A DNA stretch of 64,000 nucleotides from Methanomassiliicoccaceae archaeon (GCA_963728405.1 CAVSJV010000018.1:34066-98065), one strand, 5' to 3'. Counted from the first letter of the stretch, positions 19,103 to 32,996 are shown. Translations and numbers: made by a program. The notes: generated from the sequence alone by a model not told the origin.

Positions 19103-20979
19103 TCAGCTTGATCTGCGGATGGGTATGGTGAAGTGGAAGGTGGCGCCCTTGCCGACCTCTGACTCGAACCAGATCGATCCGCCGTGCTGTTCCACGATGC
19201 GTCGGGAGATCGCCAGTCCCATGCCCGTTCCTTCGTACTCATCCTTAGTGTGCAACCGTTGGAACATCTGGAACAGGCGGTCCTTGTGCCTCGGGTCGAT
19301 GCCGATGCCGTTGTCCTGGACGGCGAAGACCCAATTCCTACCATCGCCGTGAGAGGAGATGTGGACATGCGGGGCCTTCTCACCACGATACTTGATAGCA
19401 TTGCCGATGAGGTTCGTAAGCAGTAGCACCATCTGTGACCTGTCCGCCGTTATTGTGGGAAGGGGGCCGGCCGTTATCGAGGTGCCGGTCTCTTCGATGC
19501 TTACTTTCAGATCTTTCAGCACGGTGGCGAGGACCCCATCCATACTGACAGGGGCTAAGCTCTTGCCCGACGTCTCCACACGGGAGTAAACGAGGAGGTC
19601 ATCGATCATCGCTGCCATCCTCTGCGCGCCATCGACGGCGAAGTGCACGTACTCATTTGATTTGGGGTCTAGCTTGTCCTGGCTCCTCCTCTCCAGGAGC
19701 TGCAAATAGCTGGTCACCATACGTAACGGTTCCTTGAGGTCGTGCGAGGCGACGTAGGCGAACTGCTGGAGGTCGGCATTGGAGCGTTTGAGATCCTGTT
19801 CAGCCTCGATCTGTTCTGTGACATCAATGCTCATTCCAACCACTGCGGTGATGACCCCATCGGGCTTCCTGATGGGCGCGGCGTTGGTGCTGATGTACCC
19901 GCGGGTCCCATCTACTCTTTGTATGGAGCTAACATCACTCCGGACGACCTCGCCCCGGGCGGCTCGAGCCATGGGGTAGTCCTCCGGGACATACGGGCGG
20001 CCGTCGGCGTGGAAGAGCCGGAATTGGACAAAGTCCTCCTCAGATATTGTGGTGGCAGGGGGCTGTCGGTACATCTTCCACAGCCCCTCGTTGGCGTAGA
20101 GGAACCGGCCGGATGGCACCTCGGCGATGACAACACCAATGGGGGTGGTCTCCAGAACGGCCTGGAGGCGAGAACGCTCTTCCTCCACTTGGCATTCCGC
20201 CTTCTTCCTCTCTGTTGTTTCGATGAGGGAGAAGACCAGCCCTTCGACCTTTCCCGATTCATTCTTGATGGGCTCCAGGACCCAATCCCAGTAAGTCACT
20301 CCTCGTTCTGGTTGGTCTGGAAAGGCAAAGGGTTTGTCGTGGAACTCGGCAGGCTCGCCCGTATCGCGTACGCACTTGAAGATGGCTTCGTTCTCCTCAT
20401 GCGGATAGAGGGCGAAATGGTTCTTCCCGATCATATCTTCTGGTTTGTATCCACAGGTCTTGGCGTACTGTCTCATTAACGCGAACAAAGTTGAACTCCT
20501 GGTCTAGGTAGACCAAGTGAGAGTTCTTTGCGCCGTTCATTACCGCCTTCAGGATGGCCTCGCTCTCCATGAGCGCCCTGGTGCGCTCATCCACTTTCTC
20601 TTCCAGCCCCTCCTTCGCTTCCTTCAGCAGCTCGTTCGTGCTTGCGATCCGTTTCTCGGTGCGCTTCCTCTGGATGGCCAGGAAGGCCATCAGCCATATG
20701 AGAAACAGGGCGATGGCCCGATTGTAGTAGCTGTTGTAGGCGACGCCGCCGGAGGGGGAGATCAGGTAGCCGAGGGGTACGAGGACGCTGGATACTATGG
20801 CGACAGCGTAGGTCATTCGCTCGCTCTTGGAGAGGAAGGTCAGACCCACCGGAATGGTGTACAGCACGCCGATCCCCAGCCCTACGGGGGTGAAGTGCAT
20901 CGATGGCCAGGATCGCCGCGAACGAGGCTAGGCAGGCTGCTAGGACGAGCCTATCCCTTGTTTTATCTTCCGGCCGCAT
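19103..20979 (-). CDS. Membrane PAS sensor histidine kinase (two frameshifts)
   Basis: TM domain (20397-20979), PAS domains, H-box FAYVASHDLKEPLR, NLIGNAIKY, GTGMGLA. Confidence 0.9.
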
Positions 20980-21695
20980 CGGCGGCCCAGTCGTTTTTCT
21001 CGTTCGTGCCCATTGGTTAGTTCCAGCCATCGTTAAACGTGATATGGCCCGTAATGCATTTGGAGAATGATATTTGAACCCCCTACCCCCGGTCGTCCAA
21101 CAAGAACGAATCAATGATAATTATATCCGCCTTAAATAAAGAAAGGTTCAGTCCTTTCCCCAGGTAATGTTTTGCTAATGTGGAGGAACCAGGTGGCCAC
21201 CTTAGCATCCCAACTGATGCTTGGATCCTTGATCGGGATCGCTATCCGACCGCAATGCCATTGGCCAGGCATTTACCACGACAGAATGTATTCGTGATAT
21301 CCTGCCCAGCCTCCAAGGAGAAAAAGAAAGACGGACCTTTCTAGGAAGAGTTTGGCATGGGTTTAATTGGTTCTTGTATCGACTCCCCGATCAGGTTGTT
21401 TTCTCGTTGCAGCAAATAGGCGTTCAAGCCTGGTCCAGACCGTTCAAGGGAAGGAAAATCGCTCTCCCTTGGTGGCCCCATACTTGGACCGGCGGTCGAA
21501 TCCCGGTCGTTCCCGCAGCTACTGCTGGTGAGGTGCAATTTAAAACGATGGCCGCTGCCCCATACAGAATTGATGATGAGAGGATCATACAAAGAACGCG
21601 AACTGGACCCCCCATGGGCCCCGGTCGTCCTGCCCGTTTTTGAACGGGAAGATGATTCCTCTGCCCTAAATAGGGCGGACGTTAGTTATTGGCTC

Positions 21696-22502
21696 ATGGA
21701 AACAATCTCTGCCGGTTTCGTATCCTCCAAGGACGGGACCACGATCGCTTTTGATCGGTCGGGCCAAGGGCCGGCCGTTATCCTGGTGCAGGGGGCGTTC
21801 CAGTATCGAGCGATCGACCCTAAAACGAAACGGTTGGCCGAACTCCTATCAAAGCGGTTCACCGTGTTCAATTACGATCGTCGTGGTCGAGGCGATAGCG
21901 AGGATACCATGCCCTATGTGGTCGAGCGTGAGATCGAGGACCTTGAGGCGCTCATCGGAGCGGCCGGAGGTGCGGCCCTGGTGTTCGGGATGTCCTCTGG
22001 CGCGGTCCTCGCCCTCCGGGCGGCAGCCCAAGGCCTCAAGATCAAGAAAGTGGCGCTGTATGAGCCACCGTTCAACACCGGCGACGACAACGCTCGAAGG
22101 GCCTCGGAGAACTATACGCGACAGCTGACCGCCCTGCTCAAGGAAGACCGCCGAGGCGATGCCGTCGCCTTGACCTTGACGACATGGGGGGTGCCTGCCG
22201 AGGCCATTAACGGAATGCGACATACGCCAGTATGGTCAAACCTCCTCTCGGTGGCGCCTACGCTCGCCTATGACGACGCCATCATGGGCGATGGTTCGGT
22301 GCCTTCGAAGCTGATGAAGGCCGTCGTCGTGCCGGTTCTTGCTATAGGTGGCGGAGCGAGCCCCCCGTTCATGCGCAATGCCATAAAAGCGGTTGCGGAG
22401 TGCCTTCCCAACTCAAGCAGTCGCACCCTGGAGGGGCAGGTCCACGATGTAGATCCTGAGGTTCTCGCCCCGGTGTTGGAGGAGTTCTTTTCGGGGCCAT
22501 AG
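21696..22502 (+). CDS. Alpha/beta fold hydrolase
   Basis: SKDGTTIAF, NYDRRGRGDS, nucleophile elbow GMSSG, LEGQVH. Confidence 0.92.
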   Translation: METISAGFVSSKDGTTIAFDRSGQGPAVILVQGAFQYRAIDPKTKRLAELLSKRFTVFNYDRRGRGDSEDTMPYVVEREIEDLEALIGAAGGAALVFGMSSGAVLALRAAAQGLKIKKVALYEPPFNTGDDNARRASENYTRQLTALLKEDRRGDAVALTLTTWGVPAEAINGMRHTPVWSNLLSVAPTLAYDDAIMGDGSVPSKLMKAVVVPVLAIGGGASPPFMRNAIKAVAECLPNSSSRTLEGQVHDVDPEVLAPVLEEFFSGP

Positions 22503-22638
22503 GGCGACCGATCTCTTGGTAGCCGCTTTTCCGCTGGATACGAGCTAAGATGATGTGAGAGCCCTTCGAATCATTTCTGAACATCGGCCCCATACGCTTT
22601 TATCCGCCCACAGAATTTTATCTGCTGTCCTGGAAAGT

Positions 22639-25600
22639 ATGATCAAGATCCTTTACGTCGATGATGAGACCGACCTGCTGGAGGTGGGCAAGCTGTTCTT
22701 GGAGAAGCCCAACGAGATCCAGGTCGAGGTCGCCCCCTCCGCTGAAGAAGCTCTGGACAAGCTTCAGGAAGGTGGGTACGACGCCATCATCTCCGATTAC
22801 CAGATGCCGGTCATGAACGGCATCGCTTTCCTCAAGCGGTTGCGGGCCGAGGACAACGATATACCGTTCATCCTGTTCACCGGCCGCGGGCGCGAGGAGA
22901 TGGTCATCGAAGCGCTCAACTCCGGCGTGGACTTCTACGTGCAGAAGGGCGGGGACCCCACCGCCCAGTTCCGCGAGCTGGAGCACAAGGCGAGGGAGGC
23001 GGTACGCCGCCACCGGGCGGAGGAGGCGCTGAATCATTCGCAGCAGATGCTCCAGCTGGTTCTCGACAGCGTCCCTCAGAACGTCATCTGGAAGGACCGG
23101 GACCTGAGGTACATCGGCTGTAACAAGAACGCCGCCATGGCGGTGGGGCTGCCCGAACCGAGGGACTTGATAGGAAAGAGCGACTATGGCATCGTTCACC
23201 CAGATTCGGCTGATCGCTATCGAGCAGACGACCGTCAGGTCATGGACAGCGGTGTACCGAAGATAAATTTCGAGGAAAAACTTATCCAATTGGATGGCAG
23301 CGTACGATGGTTGCGGACCAGCAAGGTACCCTTGCAGGACTCCGATGGAAGGACCATTGGCGTGATGGGCTCCTATGAGGACATCACCGAGCGCAAGTTG
23401 GCCGAGGAGGAGCTGAAGGCCAGCAGGCTCCGGCAGACCATGGCGATGGACCTGGCAAATCTAGTGGAGTGGGAGATGGACCTCTCTACCGGCCGGTTCA
23501 TCTTTAACGATCGGTTCTATGAACTGTATGGTACCGATGCCGGTCAGGAAGGCGGCTATCTTCTGCCTCCTGAGGCCTATGTCAGGAGGTTCGTTCACCC
23601 CGATGACGTCGATGAGGTGGAAAAAGCGATCACCAGGGCTCGTTCCCCGGACCTAATCGATGATCATTTCCAGATGGAGCATCGCATCCTCAGGAAGGAT
23701 GGAGGGGTTCGTCAGTGATCGTGCGCTTCTGCGCTTTCAGGGACGAGCATCAACGGGTCATCCGGACGTTCGGGGTGAATCAGGACATCACCGACCGCAA
23801 GAAGGCGGAGGAAACGCTGCGTCGGGACGAGGCCCGCAACCGCGCCCTGTTCGAACTGGCCCAGATGTCCGGCCTCACTCCCCAGGACATCGCTGAGAGG
23901 GCGATGGACCACAGTATCGAGCTGTCGGGGAGCCAGATCGGCTACATCGCTTTCCTGAACGAGGACGAGACGGTCCTGACCATGCAGCACTATTCCAAGG
24001 GGGCCATGGAACGATGCGCGATCGTGGACAAGCCCATGGTCTTCGAGACCGCATCGACGGGGCTGTGGGCGGAGGCGGTGCGGCAGCGGAAGGTGGTGGT
24101 GACCAACGATTACGATGCCTCCAATCCCCTGAAGAAAGGGCTGCCCTGTGGGCACGTCCCCCTCCGGCGGCATATGTGCATCCCGGTGTTCGACCGGGGT
24201 CGCATCGTGGCGGTGGCCGGGGTGGGGAACAAGGACAGCGATTACACCGAGCAGGACGCCACCGACATAGCGCTGCTCATGGAAGGCATGTGGCACATCG
24301 TTCGGAAGATCCAGGCGGAGGCGGCGCTGCGGATGAGCGAGAAAGAGTTCTCCCAGCTGATCGACACCATACCGGATTTTGTCGTCCGAACGGACATCGA
24401 GGGCACCATCACCCTGGTGAACAACCGGGCCCTCGAGATCAGCGGCTTTAGCAGGGAGGAGGTCATCGGCAAGAGCGTCTTTGCCTTCATGGCCCCCGAG
24501 GACGTCGACCGGGCGGTGGCCAACATGAGGGCCATGCCACGGGGGAAGATGGGGCCAGTAAGGTATGATCTGGTCATGAAGGACGGGACTCGAGTACCGT
24601 TCGAAACGAACGGCGACCTGATCCGGGGCGCCGACGGGTCGCCCCTGGGGACCGTGCTGGTGGGTCGGGACATCATCGAACGGAACAGGATGGAATCAAG
24701 GCTGGAGCATCTGAACCGGGAACTGCTGGCCATCAAGGGGTGCAACAAGTCGATGTTCCGGGCCAGTGCGGAGCAGGAACTTCTCGATAATGTGTGTCGC
24801 ATCGTGTGTGAGGTGGCCGGCTATCGCCTGGCCTGGATCGGCATGGCCGAACGGGACGAGGCCAGGACCGTTCGGCCGGTGGCCTGGTACGGGTTCAACG
24901 AGGACTACGTGGCCAACATCAGGGCCACCTGGGGCGAGGACGAGAGAGGATGCGGACCTGCCGGAACGGCCATCAAGACCGGCCAGACCGTGTTCATCCA
25001 GGATTGGGCCGTCGACGCCCGGGCCGGTCCCTGGCGGGCGCTCGCCCAGACGAACGGGTACGGGTCCAGCATAGCCATGCCCCTGATGGACTCAGGGGTG
25101 CCCTTCGGGGCGCTCATGATCTACTCCGAACAGACCAACGGGTTCACCGGGGACGAGGTGGCGCTGCTGGAGGAGATGGTCGGGGACCTGGCCTATGGGG
25201 TCATCAGCCTGAGGGCGAAGGAACAACGCGATGTGGCCCTGGAAGCTTTGAAGAAGAGCGAGGCCAGCCGCCTGGCCCTGTTCGAGGCCGTGCCGGACAC
25301 GGCCTGGGTCATCGATCAGCGGTCGGGGCGGTTCATCGACGCCAATCCCGCCGCGACGCTCATGTACGGCTACTCCAAGGAAGAGTTCACCAACCTCACG
25401 ATATGCGATATTTCTGCCGAGCCGGAGAAGAGCCGTCGGGCCATCGACCCGGTCCAGACCTTCATCCCATTACGCTATCACCGGCGCAAGGACGGGACCG
25501 TCCTCCCGGTGGAGATCGTGGCCAACCTCTGCACCATCGACGGCCGGCCGACCATCGTCGGCACCGCCCGGGACATCACCGACCGGATCCGGTCTGGGGA

Positions 25601-26246
25601 GGCCCTGGGGGAGGCCAATCGAAAGCTGAACCTGCTCTCCAGCATCACCCGGCACGACCTGAACAATCAGATGACCATGCTGCGGGGCTATCTTCAGTTG
25701 ATCGATGAGAAGGCCCCCGGCCTCGATAGGATCGAGAAGTGCAGGACCATCACCGATCGGGTCCACAAGATCATCCAGTTCACCGAGACCTATGAGGACA
25801 TCGGGGTGAAGGAACCGCTGTGGTTCGACCTGCGGGAATTGATCGGTAAGGCTCAGGAGGAGGTCATCGCCGGCAGGATCAGCGTGATCAATGCGGTCCC
25901 CTCGGGGATATTGGTGCTGGCCGATCCTCTCGTCATCAAGGTGATGTCGAACCTGATCGACAACGCCATACGCCATGGCGGTGATGCCAAGAACATCCGT
26001 TTCTCCGTCGTTCATGCCGACGAAGCTCTTATCCTGGTGTGCCAGGACGATGGGGCCGGTATCCCCGCGGGCGATAAGCAGCACATCTTCGACAAAGGCT
26101 TTGGAAAGAACACTGGATTGGGCCTTTTCCTGTCCAGGGAGGTCCTGGGTATCACCGGGATAATGATCAGGGAGTGCGGGGTCCCGGGAGAGGGGGCCAG
26201 GTTCGAGCTCCAGGTCCCCCCAGGAACCTATAAAGGAAAGATTTGA
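22639..26246 (+). CDS. Hybrid REC-PAS-PAS-GAF-PAS-GAF-PAS histidine kinase (frameshift near 23716)
   Basis: KILYVDDE...ISDYQMP receiver domain, multiple PAS/GAF domains, H-box SITRHDLNNQ, NLIDNAIRH, GFGKNTGLGLF. Confidence 0.93.
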
Positions 26247-26439
26247 GCTTACCGTGGTTCTCACTTCCCCGACGGACCGGGGGCCTAGCGTCGGTCAGTG
26301 AGCTCTGCGATTTCCATTTTTCCATTTCAGCTTACCTGTCTTGATATACGCCCAGGACGATGACCTCGGACGTTGAGCGGTCACCGTAAGGGCTGGTCGT
26401 CCAGAGGTCCGTTCTTCATCTCGGGTTGGGGTGTTGTTC

Positions 26440-29400
26440 ATGAGGTCCAGATTGCCTGTAGTCATACTAGTCGCCGTCATGCTAATGAGCGCCGTCGCGG
26501 TACTGCTGTCGCCGACCACCTGCGCCGCCTCGTCCAGCCCGATCAACATCAACGGCGATGCGGACCTCGCCGCTCAGGCCTCCGCGAACGGCTGGCCCGG
26601 TAACGGCTCGGCATCGAATCCGTACCTCATCGCTAACCTGACCATCAATTCCTCCGGTGATGCCATACGATTCATGAGAGTAGGTCTCCATGTCGTGGTC
26701 GCAAATTCTACCCTCGCGATTTCGAACCGTGGCCTCGAGATCCAAGATTCCAGTAACATAACGTTCTCCAACAACACCATAGTCGGCGGGTATACTGGCA
26801 TCATGATGGAATGTTCGAGCGGCTGCACCGTGTCCAACATCATCATTTACAACAATACGGTGACCACTGAGGGCACGGGCATCATCGTGTCCAGCTCGAG
26901 CGACAGCACGGTGGCCAACATCACCATCTCCAACAACTCCCTGGTCGGCGGGTATACTGGCATTATTGTGTCCAGCGGGAGCGGGTACGCCCTCTCCGAC
27001 ATCACCCTTTCCTACATCACCATCACCAACAACACCGTAAGCAATGGAGGTACTGGCATCGTGGTGTCCATCGGATGCGGCAATGCTCTTTACAACGCCA
27101 CCCTTTCCCATATCACCATTTCCAACAATACCTTCGACAATGACGGTAGTGGCATTATTGTGTCCATTTCGAGCGGCGGCTCAGCATTCAACAACACCTT
27201 TTCCTCCATCGCCATCTCCAACAACACCATCAACAATGGAGGCACTGGCATGGTGGTGGCCAGCTCGAGCGGCATCACGATATCCAACAGCATCATCTCC
27301 AACAACACCATCAACAATGGAGGCACGGGCATTATCGTGTCCAGCTCGAGCAACACAATGGTCCTAAGCAACACCGTTACCGGTGTGACCTATGATGGCA
27401 TCATCGTGCCCAGCTCGATCAACGGAACCATCTCCAACAATACGGTAACCTGCGGGGGCAGCGGCATCAACGCCTACGGCTCGAGCAACTGCACCATCGC
27501 CAATAACACAATGACCTGTGGAGGTGCTGGCATCATAGCGTCCAGCTCGAGCGGCAGCACCGTGTCCAACAACGCCATCAGCGGTTCGATGAGCTATGGC
27601 ATTCTCCTGGACAGTGCACGCAACAGCACCGCCGCGGACAATGACATCAGCGGCCCGTCGAGCATTGGCATCGTATTATCCAGCTCGAGAGGGATCGCTC
27701 TCTCCAACAACACCATCACTGATTCAGCGAGCTATGGCCTGATCCTGGATAGTTCGAGCAACTGCACCATCTCCCAGAACACCGTCACCGGTTCGGGCGA
27801 ATATGGCATCAGAAGTAACGGGGCCAATAACAATAGCATCATGGGCAACAGGATCGCTGATTCGACGGGCTACGGCATCTATCTCAGCAGTGGTACCTCC
27901 ATCATGATCTATGGCAACGTCTTGGTGGATAACAATGGCGCCACCTCGACCTACGATCCGGACCATGTCCAGGCCGATGATGGCGGCGATAATCAGTGGT
28001 ACAACGAGACCGGGGGCAACTACTGGAGCGACTGGCAGAGCCCCGACGCCAACCACGACGGCATCGTCGATGTTCCGTACGCCATCGACGGAGGAAGTAA
28101 CCTCGATCAACTACCGGTCACGATGGCCATGAACATCACCGCGCCGTCCTCGCCACTCTACACCAACATATCGACCGTGGCCGTCTCCGGGACCGCTTCG
28201 GACGGCTTCGGCATCGGGGCGATCACCTGGTACAACGAGGCCACCGGTGCTACCGGAACCTGCTCGGGGACGAGTTCCTGGTCCGCCGACGTCCCTCTGC
28301 TCGAGGGCTGGAACAACGTCACTGTGACCATGGCCGACCCGATGGGCTTCTCCCTCCGGGATAACATCACCGTGATCTACAGCACCGGACCGGTGATCAC
28401 CACCTCTCCGGAATCGCCGGTCTATACCAACCAGAGCGAGTACAATGTGCGAATAACCGCCCCCGATCCCGCTCCACTGACCACCGGGAACTGTCTCGCA
28501 GTACGTGAACGGCGTACTGGTGAAGGAGAACTCGATCGACGACCTCATCGACGGCCAGACCGCTTTCGATCAGGTGGTGCTGTTCCACCTGGACCTCGGC
28601 ACCAACCTCTTCGTCATTACCGTCAACGATTCGGCCGGGAACTCGGTGACGTTCATCGATCACCATCGTCTGCGACACCACTGCTCCGACGGTGAACATC
28701 GTCTCTCCTGCCGACAACTCCTTTAACACCACCAGCACCGTGACGGTGGACTGGAGCGGCAGCGACGCTCTCTCGGGGATGGCTTACTACAACATCAGCA
28801 TCGACGGGAGCATACCGATCGAGGTACCGTCAAGCACGATGAGCTACACCTTCGACGGTCTGAGCGACGGCCCTCACACCGTGGTGGTGGAGGCCTATGA
28901 CATCGCCGGTAACCATAACGATGCTTCGGTCAGCTTCGTGGTCGATACGGTCGCTCCAACCGTGAGCATCGACAGCCCCGCGGACGGCTCGTACAACAAC
29001 ACCGGCATCGTGACCGTCTCGTGGACCGCCTCCGACGCCTCGGGCATCGTCAGGACGGAGGTAAGCATAGACGGGACGACCTGGACGACCGTGACCGGAA
29101 CGAGCTATACCACGCCATTACTGGAAGACGAGGGACCCCTGTACCGTAAAGGTGCGGGTGACCGATGCGGCCGGCAACGTCAACTCGGCGTCGGTGACGT
29201 TCATTGTCAGTTACGGCCCCACGATCATCGTATCGCCGGGATCGCCGATCTATACCAATGAGGACGAGGTCGACATCACGATCGAAGCACCCGATTACGC
29301 GCCGCTGACCACTGGCAACAGCACGCACTACGTCAACGGCTTGCTGAAGGGCAGCAGCACCATCAACAGCCTCATCGCCGGTCAGACCGCGTTCTCCGAG

Positions 29401-30667
29401 GTCATCTCGTTCCACCTGGATGTGGGCACGAACCTGTTCGTCATCACCGTCAACGATAGCGCCGGCAACTCGATGACTTTCAGCATCACCATCGTCTACG
29501 ACACGACCAAGCCGATCATCAACATCGTCTCACCGACGGACGGCTCCTACAACAACACCGGCAGCGTGACCATCGTCTGGGAAGGGGATGATGAGGCATC
29601 AGGCCTGGCGTACTACAACCTGAGCGTCTTCAACGGAGCGACATGGGACAACACCACCTACATCGATCCGTCCGAGAGCAGCCAGGTCTTGACGCTCGGT
29701 GACGGCTCTTACGTCGTACACGTCGAGGCAGTGGACAAGGCCGGGAACGTCAACTGCGTCTTCGGTCAGCTTCATTGTCGATACCACGGCACCAACCGTC
29801 GATGTCGTCTCGCCGAGCGATGGTGCCTACAACACCACTGGCTCGGTGACGGTCGTCTGGACCGGCGACGAGCCGAGCGATCTCGCTCGTTACGAGGTCC
29901 GATTGAACAACGGGGCGTGGACCATCGTCAGCGGTGACAGCAAGGAGTTCGACCTTCCCGACGGCACCTACACCGTCGTCGTGAGAGCGTACGACGAGGC
30001 CGGCAACTACGGCGAGGCGTCAACGAACTTCACCGTCGATACCGTCGCTCCGACGGTCGTCGTCTCCCCGACCGGCGACGGCGTCGCTATCGACGCTGTG
30101 ATCGTCATCGAGTTCTCCGAGCCGATGAACCTGAGCTCGGTCGAGATCATCGTCAGCAACAGCGTCGAAGGCAGGTGGTCTTCGTCGGCAACGTCGCCAC
30201 CTACACGCCGAACGCGCTTGAGTACAACACCGAGTACACCGTCACCGTCCAGGGCGAGGACCTGGCCGGGAACGCAGTCAGCTATCAGTGGTCGTTCAGC
30301 ACGGTGGTCACGCTCGGCAACATCGAGGGCCGCATCGTCGACGGGGACGGGACCGCCATCGCCAACGCCACGGTGACGCTGAGCAATGGCATGACCACTA
30401 CCACCGACGCTAGCGGTCACTTCGTGTTCGATAACGATCGCCGTCGGATCGTACACGCTGAACGTCACCAAGGGCGGCTATCAGGCCCTCAGTGAGGACG
30501 TGACGGTGATGGCGGGACAGACCACCGACCTCGGCACTCTGAGCATGCAGGCCACCGCCCCCGCCGCATCGAGCTCCGACGATGGCTGGATGATCGGCGC
30601 GGCGGTCGTGGTGATCGCCGCTCTGCTGGCCGGGGCGTTCGTGTTCTACCGGCGGAGGAAGAAGTAG
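26440..30667 (+). CDS. Large cell-surface protein: NosD/CASH right-handed beta-helix, Ig-like repeats, carboxypeptidase-regulatory-like domain and C-terminal TM anchor (several frameshifts)
   Basis: Signal peptide, PINING, repeated ISNNTI..GI motifs, GNYWSDW..PD, DT(V/T)APTV Ig repeats, ending in hydrophobic helix + YRRRKK*. Pieced together from ORFs 26431, 28505, 28692, 29152, 29699 and 30175. Confidence 0.88.
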
Positions 30668-30891
30668 GCAGCGATGAAACTCTTTACACGGGGCCCCCAT
30701 GCCTCCCCTTCCCTTTTCTTTAATAACCTTCAGCAGCGCTGACCGCGATGGCATCCTCTCTGATACTCGCGCTCATAAACTCCTCTAATGAAGTGGGATC
30801 CCGGCCTCGCTACCAGGCTCTAACCCTTGTCCTTTGGGTCTGATGAGCCTGTTCTTTCGGATCAAATCCTTGATGAGGTTCACTGAGGCTA

Positions 30892-32784
30892 TCAGACCGG
30901 AATGGTGAAGAAGAAGGTCGAACCGCTATGGCCGTCCGACTCGAACCAGATGCGACCACCATGCCGCTCCACGATCTTCTTGCTGATCGCGAGCCCAATG
31001 CCCGTTCCGGAGTACTCCTCCCTGGTATGCAAGCGCTGGAACATCTGGAAAATGCGGTCCGAATCGGCGGCGGTCAAGCCGATGCCATTGTCCTTGACGG
31101 CGAAGGTCCATTCCCTTCCATTTCGAGACGCCGAAATGCGTACTATCGGCCGCTCCGGTCCTCGGAACTTGATAGCATTAGCAATGAGGTTCTGCATCAC
31201 CTGGACCATTTGTGATTCGTCCGCCAGGACCGTGGGCAGCGGACCAATGATGAGCTCCGCCCCGCTCTCCTCGATCGGCACCTTCAGAATGGTGTGGATC
31301 TTCCCGATCACGGCGTTCATATCGACCAAGGTGAACTCTTTGCCCTTCGCATCGATCCTCGAATACTGCAGCAGGTCGTCGATGAGATCGCGCATCCTCG
31401 TTCCCCCGTCCACGGCGATCCTGATATACTGCTGGGCGGTGGGATCGAGCTGGTCCTGATACTTTCTCTCCAAGAGCTGAAGATAACCGGTCACCATCCG
31501 CAGTGGCTCCTTGAGGTCGTGCGAAGCGACGTAAGCGAACTGCTGCAGCTCGGCGTTGCTCTGTTCAAGCCTCTTCGAATACTCCTCCGCCATCTGCTGT
31601 GCTTTTTTAATGACGCTGATGTCTATGGCCGTGACGACGAAGTGATCCTCGTCGAGGGGGAAGAAGGAAGAGCGACTTTCCGGTCCTTCCGGAGGAAAGG
31701 CCCTCTCCAGGACGATGGGTTTCCTGGTTGCCTTCATTTGGCGAAATATTTGTATGGTCGTTTCGAAGTACTCACCGCTGAAGAGCTCGGAGAGACGCTT
31801 CCCTTGTACTTCCTTAAGATCCGTCTTTTTGGCTTTTAACCACAGCGGGTTCGCGTCCAACAGTGTGGCGTCGATCAGCTGTCCACAGCCATCATAGGTG
31901 TACCCGTAAATGGCCGCCACTTCCTGGATGTTCTCGAACAGGCCGCGGTACTTCCTTTCGCTCTCCCTCAGCGCTCCTTCCGTCAGCTTGCGATCGGTGA
32001 CGTCGTGGATGATGGAGTACAGCAATTGCCTGCCCTGTATGTGGACGGGCCCTGAGTAAACATCGACGTCACGGACCTCCCCGCTGGCCAGTCGATGCCG
32101 GAAATCGAATTTTCTCTTCTCTCCGCTAACCGACCTGCTCATCTCCATCCTCACCTCATCGGGATCGAGGATGTTGATCTGAGAGATCTTCATCCCCAGC
32201 AGGTTCTCATGCTCGTAACCATAGTATTCGCAGGCGGCCTGATTGGCATCGACGATGTCCCCGGTCGCTGGGTCGATGAGGAGCATGGGCGCAGAATTCT
32301 CCCGGAACAAGCTGCGGTAGCGGGCCTCGCTTTCCTTTAGCGCTTGCTCGGTATTCCTGCGCTCAGTGATGTCTACGAACGAGCCGATGGCGCCCCGAAC
32401 GTGGCCGTGAGCGTCGAACAAGGGGAAGGCGTTACCCGTGAGAATGCGCCTACGGCCGCTCGGCAGCAGGATCTCCATCTCGGTATCCCTGACCTCGATG
32501 CCGGCGAGAGCGGCATGACGTAGCGGCAGTTCGTCCGGCCGTAGCTCCCGGCCGTCCCTGAAGAATCTCCGCTTGTTACTATACCCGGTACCACTGGTGG
32601 GACCGCCCGAGAGGTTCTCACCTTCCTGCCCCTCGAACATCTCATTGGCCATGGCGTTGCCGGTGATGACCTTGCTCTCGGGATCGTGGGCAATGATTAT
32701 GGCCGAGGGGATGGTGTCCATGACCGCCTTGAACTCCTCAACCCATTGGCTGCTGTTCTCCAAGATTCCATGGTGTGCGGGCAT
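30892..32784 (-). CDS. Cytoplasmic PAS sensor histidine kinase
   Basis: Three PAS domains, H-box FAYVASHDLKEPLR, NLIANAIKF, GTGIGLA. Confidence 0.93.
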   Translation of the reverse strand: MPAHHGILENSSQWVEEFKAVMDTIPSAIIIAHDPESKVITGNAMANEMFEGQEGENLSGGPTSGTGYSNKRRFFRDGRELRPDELPLRHAALAGIEVRDTEMEILLPSGRRRILTGNAFPLFDAHGHVRGAIGSFVDITERRNTEQALKESEARYRSLFRENSAPMLLIDPATGDIVDANQAACEYYGYEHENLLGMKISQINILDPDEVRMEMSRSVSGEKRKFDFRHRLASGEVRDVDVYSGPVHIQGRQLLYSIIHDVTDRKLTEGALRESERKYRGLFENIQEVAAIYGYTYDGCGQLIDATLLDANPLWLKAKKTDLKEVQGKRLSELFSGEYFETTIQIFRQMKATRKPIVLERAFPPEGPESRSSFFPLDEDHFVVTAIDISVIKKAQQMAEEYSKRLEQSNAELQQFAYVASHDLKEPLRMVTGYLQLLERKYQDQLDPTAQQYIRIAVDGGTRMRDLIDDLLQYSRIDAKGKEFTLVDMNAVIGKIHTILKVPIEESGAELIIGPLPTVLADESQMVQVMQNLIANAIKFRGPERPIVRISASRNGREWTFAVKDNGIGLTAADSDRIFQMFQRLHTREEYSGTGIGLAISKKIVERHGGRIWFESDGHSGSTFFFTIPV

Positions 32785-32996
32785 TCTCGGTTACGGTAAC
32801 GCATTTTAGGTATATTACCGATATCAGGCCGAGGGAAGGTAAGAACGGCATCTGTCCAGCCACTCCGGATGATGGTCCTGGACCATGGAGAACCCGTTCG
32901 ATCACCAGCCGGGGCCTAACTATGAGCGTTGATGTGGTCCCAAGTCAATATGTATCATGTTCTTCCGATACCACCATGGAGGGGAAGATAGGATAG

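Noticed and set aside
21487-21510. GACCGG-CGGTCGAATC-CCGGTC, a T-arm-like hairpin
   Set aside because: No accompanying D, anticodon or acceptor arms could be folded.
26760-27900. Periodic repeats considered as a CRISPR array
   Set aside because: They are in-frame beta-helix coding repeats with no constant repeat/unique spacer pattern, and no cas genes are present.
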